DNA of 58,254 nt, taken from an uncultured Gemmatimonadaceae bacterium. GTDB taxonomy: Bacteria > Gemmatimonadota > Gemmatimonadetes > Longimicrobiales > RSA9. Below are positions 1 to 9,314 of the stretch, piece after piece. Where the stretch lies: the NCBI GenBank assembly GCA_964430275.1, contig CAYSGF010000215.1, positions 1 through 58,254 of the forward strand, read 5' to 3'. A program made the position numbers and the translations under genes. A model generated the notes under the pieces. That model did no database searches. It was not told the origin of the DNA and worked only from the letters and a program-made list of their open reading frames with translations. Positions within the stretch are counted from its first letter, which is position 1, and the number at the start of each line of letters is the position of its first letter.

Positions 1-1
1 C

Positions 2-562
2 CTCGCGGTACCGGACGGGGACGCGATCGTGCCTGTGCTGAACGATTACATCAGCCGCTTCCAGCGCGCGGATCTGCCGATTTTCGCATCCCGCGACTGG
101 CATCCGCCGGACACGAGGCATTTCCAGGCTGGCGGCGGGCCCTGGCCGCCTCACTGCGTGCAGGATACGCCGGGCGCTGCGTTCCATCCCGAGCTCCGCC
201 TGCCGGCATCCGCGACCGTCGTGACGAAGGGGACGGACCCGGTGGACGACGGGTATTCCGCCTTCGAAGCGGCGGATCCGTCCGATCGCCTGCTGCCGGC
301 GCGGCTGCGCTCCGCCGGCATCGAGCGGCTGTACGTGGGCGGCCTCGCAACAGACTACTGCGTGCGTGCATCGGTGCTGGATGCGCGCCGGCACGGCCTC
401 GATACCGTCGTCCTGCTGGATGCGGTGCGCGGGATCGACGTCCAGGAAGGCGATGTCGCCCGCGCTCTCGACGAGATGCTGCGTGCGGGCGCACGTACCG
501 CTACGCTCGCGACCGTGGACGAAGAGCTGGCCGGCGCGGCTGCCGTGGAGACGCGCGGATGA
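2..562 (+). CDS. pncA: Nicotinamidase/pyrazinamidase (isochorismatase family), 5'-truncated by the window edge
   Basis: The frame is open from position 2 ([14 protein letters not shown]...). Motifs [17 protein letters not shown]....DGYSAF and GLATDYCV (catalytic Cys) match PncA. Confidence 0.9.
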   Translation, partial: LAVPDGDAIVPVLNDYISRFQRADLPIFASRDWHPPDTRHFQAGGGPWPPHCVQDTPGAAFHPELRLPASATVVTKGTDPVDDGYSAFEAADPSDRLLPARLRSAGIERLYVGGLATDYCVRASVLDARRHGLDTVVLLDAVRGIDVQEGDVARALDEMLRAGARTATLATVDEELAGAAAVETRG

Positions 563-1848
563 GTGGCACACCGCGGCGTCGCACCGTTTCCGTCGATGTC
601 GGCGGTGTTCCGGTCGGCAGCAGCCATCCGATCGCCGTCCAGTCCATGACGAACACGGACACCGCCGACGTGCAGGGGACCGCCGAGCAGATCGCCTCGC
701 TCGCGGCCGCCGGCAGCGAGCTCGTGCGCATCACCGTGAACAACGAGGAAGCCGCTGCAGCGGTCCCTGCAATCGTCGCGCTGCTGCATCGCTGGCATGC
801 CGCGGTACCGATCGTCGGAGACTTCCATTACAACGGTCACCTGCTGCTGCGGAAGTATCCCGACGCGGCGCGGGCACTCGCGAAGTATCGCATCAATCCA
901 GGGAACGTCGGGGCGAAGCGGCGCGACGAGAACTTCCGCACGATCGTCGAATGCGCCGTCGAATACGGCAAACCGGTGCGCATCGGCGTGAACTGGGGCT
1001 CGCTCGACCAGCAGCTGCTCACCGAGCTGATGGACGAGAACGCGGTGAGTGCCGAGCCGAAGGACGCGAAGGCAGTGATGATCGATGCCATGCTGGAGAG
1101 TGCGCTGCGCTCGGCGCGTCTCGCGGAGGAGGTCGGGCTCGGCCACGATCGCATCCTGCTCTCGGCGAAAGTCAGCGGCGTCCAGGACCTGATTGCCGTC
1201 TACCGCCTCCTCGCCCGGCGCTGTGACTACCCGCTCCACCTCGGCCTCACGGAGGCCGGCATGGGCGCCAAGGGCATCGTCGCGTCCACCGCGGGTCTCG
1301 CCGTCCTCCTGCAGGAAGGCATCGGCGACACGATCCGCGTTTCTCTGACTCCGAAACCCGGTGGCGAGCGGACCGAGGAGGTGCTCGTCGCGCAGCAGAT
1401 CCTGCAGTCCCTCGAGCTGCGCAGCTTCACACCGCAGGTCACCTCGTGTCCGGGCTGCGGTCGCACCACGTCCACGTTCTTCCAGCATATGGCCGAAGAC
1501 ATCCAGGCGTATGTGCGCGAGAAGATGCCGGAGTGGCGCGGCCGCTACCCGGGCGTGGAGGAGCTGCGCCTGGCGGTCATGGGATGCGTCGTGAACGGAC
1601 CCGGCGAGTCGAAGCATGCCGACATCGGCATCTCGCTGCCCGGCACATTCGAGGAGCCGAAAGCGCCCGTATACGTGGACGGTCGGCTCTTCACGACGCT
1701 GAAAGGCGATCGCCTGGTCGAGGAGTTCCTGCGGATTCTGGATGACTACGTCGAGCGCCGGTACGGTGGCGACGGTGCTGCGAGCGCCACGTCAGCCGAA
1801 CCCGCGCTCACCGTGAGGGGCGCCGATCCTCGCGCACATGAAGCGTAG
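559..1848 (+). CDS. ispG: (E)-4-hydroxy-3-methylbut-2-enyl-diphosphate synthase (MEP pathway)
   Basis: Motifs [39 protein letters not shown] and [11 protein letters not shown], plus the Fe-S ligands CPGCGRT and [13 protein letters not shown] overlap with pncA. Confidence 0.97.
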   Translation: MSGTPRRRTVSVDVGGVPVGSSHPIAVQSMTNTDTADVQGTAEQIASLAAAGSELVRITVNNEEAAAAVPAIVALLHRWHAAVPIVGDFHYNGHLLLRKYPDAARALAKYRINPGNVGAKRRDENFRTIVECAVEYGKPVRIGVNWGSLDQQLLTELMDENAVSAEPKDAKAVMIDAMLESALRSARLAEEVGLGHDRILLSAKVSGVQDLIAVYRLLARRCDYPLHLGLTEAGMGAKGIVASTAGLAVLLQEGIGDTIRVSLTPKPGGERTEEVLVAQQILQSLELRSFTPQVTSCPGCGRTTSTFFQHMAEDIQAYVREKMPEWRGRYPGVEELRLAVMGCVVNGPGESKHADIGISLPGTFEEPKAPVYVDGRLFTTLKGDRLVEEFLRILDDYVERRYGGDGAASATSAEPALTVRGADPRAHEA

Positions 1849-1871
1849 AGCTCCGCGACCTTCAGCCATTG

Positions 1872-1937
1872 TCCGCGTCTCGACAGCGGGCCAAGGCCGC
1901 TGTTCCGCGTTCTCGACAGCAGGCCGAAGGCCGCTGT
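1872..1937. repeat. Tandem pair of ~33-bp hairpin-containing repeats (REP-like) between convergent genes
   Basis: tccgcgtctcgacagcgggccaaggccgctgt (1872-1903) is followed directly by tccgcgttctcgacagcaggccgaaggccgctgt (1904-1937). Each copy contains an acagc...gctgt stem. Confidence 0.7.
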
Positions 1938-3046
1938 CACTGGTACTGGATGTAGATCGGCGCGGGTGACAGCTCCAGGACTTCGGCCGGCGTCATGAGC
2001 CGACTGCCCTCGCGCCGGTCGTTCTTGTAGAACAGCTTGAACCCCTTGTACACCTCATCGACGGGCGCCACGAAGCTGCGGTAGCTGGCGCGCTTCAATG
2101 TGGGTGCGCCCCAGCCGTCCATGTTCAGTACGACCTGCACCCGCGGGTCCTGCTCGATGTTGTCCGCGTTCGTCACCATGTCCTGCGTGAAGCGGTGCAC
2201 GATCAGGATCTTCGGCGGCAGGTCGTGCTCATCGACCAGCCGCGCCAGCTGCCCGATCGCGTAGTTGATCGTGCTCGCATCCATGGAACCGATGCGCCGC
2301 CCCGGAACTCCCGTCGGACCCATGTTCCATTCCGGGTCCAGGGCGAGATGCACGGTCGGACTTTCCAGGTACGGCAGCAGCCGCGGCAGCTCCTCCTGCA
2401 CCGTGCTGCGCGACGGCTGAATGTCCAGGAACACGAGTGCGTTCGCTTCCTCCGCCATCGCGATGACCCGCTCGATCACGCTCGACGGCATCCGTACCCG
2501 ATACTTGCCATCGCGTCCGGAATCGCCGGCGGCCATCACTGCAATCATGTGAAGTGCCGGAACGACGGGTGTCCCGGGGTCCGCCTCGCGCCAGGCACGA
2601 ACCTCCTGCTGCAGTCGCGCCAGCAGCTGGTCGCGCGGCAGCTCGCCCAGGATCCCCATCCGCTCGGATTGCGGGTTGCCATAGAACGCGACGATCCGTC
2701 GCGCCGGAAGCACGGCGCCCTCGAGCAGCGCGGCGGCTTCGCGTTCCGCTTCCACGCGCGCGATCGAATCCGCACGCGCGCGCGCCTCCGCCTCGGCCCG
2801 TTCCCGCGCCTCCGCTTCGCGACGTCGCGCCTCCTCGCGCGCCTCCTCCCGGGCCCGCTCCTCCGCGCGCGCGCGCGCTTCGGCTTCCGCACGCGCAATC
2901 GAATCCGCCCGCTCCTCGGCCGTCCGCTCCGCCGGCTCGCGCGGCTCGGGTGCCGTCGGCGGCTCCCCCCTGGCCGCGCACGCCCCGCCCATCAGGATCG
3001 CAACAATCAGCAGAATCGATCTCGAGATTCCACGCCCGGTCTTCAT
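1937..3046 (-). CDS. Exported/lipoprotein-like hypothetical protein with an E/R/A-rich helical spacer and a conserved C-terminal domain
   Basis: ATG at 3046 with GGAG upstream. Signal-like MKTGRGISRSILLIVAILMGGAC, then an EAEARAR-rich run, then a globular domain (VAFYGNP..MGILGE, FLDIQP, LALDPEW, MDGWG). Confidence 0.75.
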   Translation of the reverse strand: MKTGRGISRSILLIVAILMGGACAARGEPPTAPEPREPAERTAEERADSIARAEAEARARAEERAREEAREEARRREAEARERAEAEARARADSIARVEAEREAAALLEGAVLPARRIVAFYGNPQSERMGILGELPRDQLLARLQQEVRAWREADPGTPVVPALHMIAVMAAGDSGRDGKYRVRMPSSVIERVIAMAEEANALVFLDIQPSRSTVQEELPRLLPYLESPTVHLALDPEWNMGPTGVPGRRIGSMDASTINYAIGQLARLVDEHDLPPKILIVHRFTQDMVTNADNIEQDPRVQVVLNMDGWGAPTLKRASYRSFVAPVDEVYKGFKLFYKNDRREGSRLMTPAEVLELSPAPIYIQYQ

Positions 3047-3182
3047 GTGCATCCCGCTCCCTGGCCACCAGTCATACGTCGCCCCCACACCCCCGCCCGT
3101 GCTCGCCCCACAAAACGTACAGGCGGGCCACCCCGTCGGCGCCCCGCCTGCATCGCGGTCCATCTCGCGCTCCGAACTCCGC

Positions 3183-4478
3183 CTACGGCAACCCCGTAGC
3201 AAAGATCGTCCCCATGAACATCGTCTCGCCACCGAAATGGTCGGTTTCCCGCTGCAACGCACTGAAGGACAGGTTCCATCCACCGAGATTGACCCCGATC
3301 CCGCCACCGACCTGGAAGCCGCTGTTGTCCTCACCGACACTGACGGCGGCGGCGCCGGCACGCAGGGGCAGCCACGCCACTGGCCGGTACTCGACGCCAG
3401 CGCCCAGATGGCCGGTCGGGCCGGCCAGGATGCCATCCTCGCTGCCGCGCCGCAGGTCTGCGGTTACGAGCAGGTTCTCCTTTGCCTGGTACGATGCGCC
3501 GATCCCGAAGGACGTTCCGAAGCCGAGGTCCTCCGCGCGCTGCTGCACGGAGTCGGGCGCATTCGCGAGCGGCTGCTCTTCGGTATCACCCACGAACTCG
3601 GCATCGCGGGCCAGCAGTGAGAGCGGCCGGTAGCGGAGCTTGTCCACGTCCCACTCGAACGTGTTCGTCACGTTCTGCACGGCGGCGCCGAACGTCCATG
3701 CGCCCAGCTCCAGCGCAACGCCGACGTCGAGCCCGACGCCCGTGCCGTTGTTCAGCGTGAAGCTGTCCGGATCGATGACCGTGTTCACCATTGGGAAGGC
3801 GAGGTCGAAGCCGTCGATGTCCGCCGAGCCCTGCGAGTCGTCACCGCTCACGAGGATGTGTCCGATCGTGTACTTCCCGGTCAGTCCGATGAGCAGGCGA
3901 GCATCCGGCGCCACCTGGAACGGGTGAGCGTACCCGAACGCGAGCGTCGTGTAGCCGGCGAGATCGAGGGTCGAGCCGGCGAAATCGAGCGTCGCAGGGT
4001 CGCCATTGCCATCGACATTGCCGAACAGGACGAGCTGCAGCACGTCGCGCGAAAGATCCGCGACCGTGCGCAGGCTCGAGGTCGCCTGGAAGCCGAACCG
4101 GCCGATCTGCGCGGCGCCCCACGTGAGGTCGGCGTTGATGGTGCCACGCTCCCCACCGCCGGCCGGCACGCGGGCGAGCCACTCCTGCTTCACGGCATCG
4201 GGCACCAGCGTATCGGAGTAATCCGCAATGTCATCGAGACCGATCGGGCCGATCCCCACGCCGCTCAGCCCCGTGAGCAAGGTCATCGATGCTGCGGAGT
4301 TGCCGGAAGCCGCCAGCAGCGCCGGATTCCAGGCGACCGCGCCGTATCCGCGCGCGGCGGCCGTGAAGTTGTGGCCCATGCCGAGCGCCGCAGTCGAGCC
4401 GTTGGGCAGCTGCGCGGAGGCCGGCAGTGCCAGGGCGAGTGCGCCGAGTCCGAGGAGAATGCTGCGCTTCATCATCAT
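3183..4478 (-). CDS. Outer-membrane beta-barrel protein (DUF5723/TraF/FadL-like)
   Basis: Signal peptide ending ASA-Q, N-terminal ALGMG...WNPALL motif typical of FadL/TraF-like barrels, and alternating beta-strand pattern (GAGVEYRP..WLPLRAG). Confidence 0.65.
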   Translation of the reverse strand: MMMKRSILLGLGALALALPASAQLPNGSTAALGMGHNFTAAARGYGAVAWNPALLAASGNSAASMTLLTGLSGVGIGPIGLDDIADYSDTLVPDAVKQEWLARVPAGGGERGTINADLTWGAAQIGRFGFQATSSLRTVADLSRDVLQLVLFGNVDGNGDPATLDFAGSTLDLAGYTTLAFGYAHPFQVAPDARLLIGLTGKYTIGHILVSGDDSQGSADIDGFDLAFPMVNTVIDPDSFTLNNGTGVGLDVGVALELGAWTFGAAVQNVTNTFEWDVDKLRYRPLSLLARDAEFVGDTEEQPLANAPDSVQQRAEDLGFGTSFGIGASYQAKENLLVTADLRRGSEDGILAGPTGHLGAGVEYRPVAWLPLRAGAAAVSVGEDNSGFQVGGGIGVNLGGWNLSFSALQRETDHFGGETMFMGTIFATGLP

Positions 4479-4479
4479 C

Positions 4480-5028
4480 TCAGCCTTCCCCGCCGATTTC
4501 GAACGTGATCCGGACGAGCGTCTCGAGCAGAACGAGCCGCGTGGGCACCTGCGCCGGACCGAGCGCCCCGGTAACCGTTATGGTTACCTCGCCGCCGAGA
4601 AACGTGCGCATGTCCTCGCCACTCACCACGATGACCTGCGGTGTGCCTGCTGTCGTCACGCTGATCGGTTGCGATACCGCAGTACCGCTCTCCGCATCCA
4701 GGATCGTCACCTGCAGTGTGCCTGTGCCGTTCTCCGGGTTCGAAGGCGTGAACTGGATCTCGCCGCCGCGCGCCCGCTGGCGCAGATCCTCGTCTACATC
4801 ACCGAGATCGATCGAGACCGGCATTGCCGGCACGGGGACATCGAGGACCGGCACCTGGATGTCGGGGCCGGGCACCGCCATCGTGTTCTCGAAGCGCGGC
4901 AGCGCCGTCGGAATGTCGCACGCCGCGCTGACGACCAGCGCCAGCAGCCACAGCATCGGGCGCCTCGATTGCAGCGCGTGCTGCGCCGCCGTGCGCGGAC
5001 CGCACGTCCTGTTTGCGTACTTCCTCAT
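4480..5028 (-). CDS. Putative lipoprotein (start may be at 4956)
   Basis: Lipobox-like LLALVVSAAC, followed by a beta-rich domain. Stop lies 1 nt before the barrel gene start. Confidence 0.65.
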   Translation of the reverse strand: MRKYANRTCGPRTAAQHALQSRRPMLWLLALVVSAACDIPTALPRFENTMAVPGPDIQVPVLDVPVPAMPVSIDLGDVDEDLRQRARGGEIQFTPSNPENGTGTLQVTILDAESGTAVSQPISVTTAGTPQVIVVSGEDMRTFLGGEVTITVTGALGPAQVPTRLVLLETLVRITFEIGGEG

Positions 5029-5382
5029 CGCCTGTTCCGGTTGATGAGATGGATGACCAGCAGTCTTGATGTCGGGGAGGCCACAAACCTAACGGCACTC
5101 GCCGGCCGCAGGTAGTCTCGCCGGCGGTTTCTGAATGGACTGTAACGCCGCCGCGCGTCGCGATCTTCGGAACGCATGATCCCAGGTATGCGCACCGGAC
5201 CGCGGACAGCCGTTCCGCGTTTGTCCGGAACCCATTGTGGGACAACCGGTTACGGTGGTACCCCGGGGTGGCATGGCACTTCCCCCTGCTATGACGCGGC
5301 GCGGGGCGCTGCAACCGCCGGACAGGAGCGTGCGTACAGGCAGCGTCGCCGACCGACTGGCAATCCGAACAAGGAGCAGGAC

Positions 5383-6888
5383 ATGAGTTACGCGTTTCCC
5401 CTGCGACGCGGACACGGCGCTGTCGTTGCCGCGCTGCTGATCGTGCTCGCGGGCGACGCGACGGCGCAGCAGGCGCCGGCGACGCTGACGCTCGAAGAGG
5501 CGGTCCAGCTCGCTCGCCGCCACAACCCGACGTACCTGATGACGGCGAACGACGAAGGGGATGCGGCGTGGGAGCAGCGTGAAGCATTCGCTGCGTTCCT
5601 GCCGTCGCTGTCGCTGAACGGCACGGCGCAGTACGTGGCCGAGGGCACGCCGAACCTGGGCTTTCTGACGAGCGCCGACTTCGGCGTGGACCGGATCCCT
5701 TCGTCGTACTACTCGAGCTACGGCCTTACCGCGGCGATCCAGCTGAGCGGTGCGATGCTGTTCGACGCGGCGCGCGCACGCGCGAACCGGCGAGCGGCGG
5801 AGGCGCAGGTCGATGCTGCCAGCTACACCCTCGCGACGGATGTGACCCAGCAGTACCTGGCGGCATTGCGCGCCCAGGAAGCAGTCGTGCTGGCGCGCGA
5901 GAACTTCGAGTCCGCGCAGCAGAGCTACGAACTCGCGCGCGGGCAGTTCGATGCCGGCGCAGCGCCCCGGCTCGATGTGGCGAACGCGGAGGTTACGCGG
6001 GGGCGTGCAGAGGTCGCGCTGCTCCAGGCGCAGGAGGCGGCCGAGACGGAGATGCTGCGGCTGGTGCAGCAGATCGGCGTGGAGTCGGTCGGTCCGATCG
6101 AGCTCGCGAGCGAGTTCACGATCTTCGAGCCGACCTGGTCGCTCGAAGAGCTGACGGAGCGCTCGTTGGCGGCGCATCCAGGCCTGCGCGCTGCGCGCGC
6201 AGCGGAGCGGGCGGGTACGGCTGCCGCGCGCGCCGCGACGATGCAATACCTGCCGACGCTGCGGCTGTCCGCCGGTCTGAGCGGCTACAGCCGCGAGAGT
6301 GGCGACGGGCTCGCAATGGTCGCCGATGCGCGCGACGCCTTCGAGAATCGCTACAACAACTGTGTGTACGGGAACCGCATTGGTGCCCTGCTCGGCGACG
6401 CGCCGCAGGACTGCTCCGGTTTCGTGTTCACGGATTCCGATGCGGACCGGCTGCTGGCGGCGAACGACGTGTTTCCGTTCGACTTCACGAGCAATCCGGC
6501 GAACGTGACGCTGTCGCTCAGTTTCCCCATTTTCAACGGGTTCACCCGCGAGCGGCAGATGCAGCAGGCCCGGAGTGCCGCCGCCGATGCGCGTCATTTG
6601 CGTCGTGCCGAGGAGCTGAGCCGGCGCACCGAGGTGTCGGAGGCGTACGTCGCCCTCGTGACTGCCTACCGCACAGTCGCGATCGAGGAGCGCAACGTGG
6701 CCGCAGCCGAGGAGCAGCTCGAGCTCGCCCGCGAGCGCTACCGCCTGGGTGCAGGTGATATCGTGGAGCTCGCGCAGGCCCAGGCGACGAAGGCCCTGGC
6801 GGACAGCGATCACCTGAACGCGGTGTACACGTTCCACGAGAACTTCGCCGCTCTGGAAGCCGCCGTGGGCGGACCCCTGCGGCCCTAG
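5383..6888 (+). CDS. TolC-family outer-membrane efflux protein
   Basis: AAGGAG RBS before ATG 5383. Signal peptide, LTLEEAVQLA...NP start, two OEP repeats (FLPSLSL; YLPTLRL) and ARERYRLGAGDIVEL. Confidence 0.9.
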   Translation: MSYAFPLRRGHGAVVAALLIVLAGDATAQQAPATLTLEEAVQLARRHNPTYLMTANDEGDAAWEQREAFAAFLPSLSLNGTAQYVAEGTPNLGFLTSADFGVDRIPSSYYSSYGLTAAIQLSGAMLFDAARARANRRAAEAQVDAASYTLATDVTQQYLAALRAQEAVVLARENFESAQQSYELARGQFDAGAAPRLDVANAEVTRGRAEVALLQAQEAAETEMLRLVQQIGVESVGPIELASEFTIFEPTWSLEELTERSLAAHPGLRAARAAERAGTAAARAATMQYLPTLRLSAGLSGYSRESGDGLAMVADARDAFENRYNNCVYGNRIGALLGDAPQDCSGFVFTDSDADRLLAANDVFPFDFTSNPANVTLSLSFPIFNGFTRERQMQQARSAAADARHLRRAEELSRRTEVSEAYVALVTAYRTVAIEERNVAAAEEQLELARERYRLGAGDIVELAQAQATKALADSDHLNAVYTFHENFAALEAAVGGPLRP

Positions 6889-7068
6889 GCGTGGCGGAGT
6901 CTGTCCGGTCCCGGGACCGTGCCATCCCGCGGCCGGGACCGACGGTCCCTGAAGACGCGGAATGTGGACCGGAAACCTTTTGTGCCAGAATAGTTGTGCA
7001 ACCTTTTGCCGATGGCACGGCTCTTACGTAATCAGCGATGAAGCAGGACTCATCGCGTCAGGAGCAAC

Positions 7069-8313
7069 ATGGACAAGCCTCGCTCGACAACCAGGAAGAA
7101 GCGTGGTCCTATCTATATCGCGGGCGGCGTCGTGCTCGCCGCACTCATCACGCTCGGCCTCTCGCGTCTCAAGCCGGCGCCGCCGAGCGTCGAGCGGGCG
7201 GCGATCTGGGTCGACACCGTGAAGCGCGGGCCGATGATCCGGCAGGTGCGGGGACCGGGCACGCTCGTGCCGGAGGACATTCGTCTCCTGCCCGCGATCA
7301 CGGCGGGCCGCGTGGATGAGATCTTTGCCCGCCCGGGCACGATGGTGCAGCCGGGCACGCCGCTCATACGGCTCAGCAACCCGGATGTACAGCTGCAGCT
7401 CCTGGAAGCGGAGCGGTCGCTGCGGGCCGCCGAGAGCGATCTCGTGAACCTGCGTGCGAACCTCGAGACGCAGATCCTGAATCAGCAGGCGGTCATTGCA
7501 CAGGTGCAGTCGCTCTACAACCAGGCCGATCGCGAGGCGCGGGTCGCCGACGAGATGGCCGAGAAGGGTCTGATCGCCGCAAATGAGGCGAGCGCGCGCA
7601 AGGACGCACTGCGCGAGAACGAGATCCGGCTGGACGTGGAGAAGCAGCGGCTGGCCGTCATGCGCGCTCAGCTCGACGAGCAGATCTCGGCGCAGGCCGC
7701 CCAGGTCGATCGGCTCAACAGCATCGTGCGCTTCCGCCAGCAGGAGCTGGAATCGATGAACGTCAGCTCGCCCAGCGTGGGCGTGCTGCAGCAGCTCGAT
7801 CTTGAGATCGGCCAGTGGGTAAACCCGGGCATTACGCTCGCCCGCGTCGTTCAGCCCGGCCGGCTCAAGGCGGAACTGCGCATCCCCGAGGTGCAGGCGA
7901 AGGACGTGACGATCGGCCAGGTCGCACACATCGATACGCGAAACGGAATCGTCGAGGGGCACGTAGTACGCATCGACCCGGCTTCACAGAACGGCTCCGT
8001 CGGGGTCGATGTGGCGCTGGAAGGGGAGCTGCCGCCGGGCGCACGGCCCGACCTGTCCGTCGACGGCACGATCGAGATCGAGCGACTGCCCGACGTCCTG
8101 TTCGTCGGCCGTCCCGCATTCGGCAACCCGGAGTCTTCGGTCGGCATGTTCAAGGTCACACCGGACTTCAAGTACGCGGATCGCGTCACCGTCCAGCTCG
8201 GCCGCAATTCGGTCAATACGATCGAGATTCGAGGCGGCCTGCAGGAAGGCGATGTCGTGATCCTGTCGGATATGTCGCAGTGGGACAGTCACCCGCGCGT
8301 TCGCATCAACTAG
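7069..8313 (+). CDS. Efflux periplasmic adaptor (HlyD/MacA-like membrane fusion protein)
   Basis: N-terminal TM segment, lipoyl halves (AITAGRVDEIF..PG..VQPG; SPSVGVL), coiled coil, and C-terminal GLQEGDVVILS. Confidence 0.9.
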   Translation: MDKPRSTTRKKRGPIYIAGGVVLAALITLGLSRLKPAPPSVERAAIWVDTVKRGPMIRQVRGPGTLVPEDIRLLPAITAGRVDEIFARPGTMVQPGTPLIRLSNPDVQLQLLEAERSLRAAESDLVNLRANLETQILNQQAVIAQVQSLYNQADREARVADEMAEKGLIAANEASARKDALRENEIRLDVEKQRLAVMRAQLDEQISAQAAQVDRLNSIVRFRQQELESMNVSSPSVGVLQQLDLEIGQWVNPGITLARVVQPGRLKAELRIPEVQAKDVTIGQVAHIDTRNGIVEGHVVRIDPASQNGSVGVDVALEGELPPGARPDLSVDGTIEIERLPDVLFVGRPAFGNPESSVGMFKVTPDFKYADRVTVQLGRNSVNTIEIRGGLQEGDVVILSDMSQWDSHPRVRIN

Positions 8314-8364
8314 TCGGACTCACTGAACGCCAGTCGCGCCAACGCAAGCGCAAGGAGAACCCCG

Positions 8365-9105
<741 letters not shown>

Positions 9106-9112
9106 CGGGTTG

Positions 9113-9308
9113 GAATTGGTGAGTTCGTGAATTCGTGAATTGGTGAATTGGGGTCCGGGGCATTCCCGGGCCCCGTTGCCTATCCGCGTCCGAGTCCCGA
9201 TTCCGACGCCGTCTCGAGTCCGCGTCCCGACCCCGATCGGTCCATACTCCTGATGCGATTCCGATTTCGAATTCGAGTCCCGAGTCGAGTTCACCAATTC
9301 ACCAATTC
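9113..9308. repeat. Intergenic element with inverted arms of GAATTGGT octamer repeats around a hexamer-periodic core
   Basis: Left arm 9113-9152 has five GA(A/G)TT(G/C)G(T/G) units. Right arm has accaattc twice (9293-9308). The core is ccgagt/cccgat-like hexamers. Confidence 0.8.
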
Positions 9309-9314
9309 GAAACC

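Noticed and set aside
2760-2930. cgcgcg-rich DNA repeat
   Set aside because: It is explained by codons for the E/A/R helical spacer of the protein and is not an independent DNA element.
3047-3436. N-terminal extension of the 1937-3436 ORF
   Set aside because: It overlaps the barrel gene in another frame. The RBS and signal peptide support a start at 3046.
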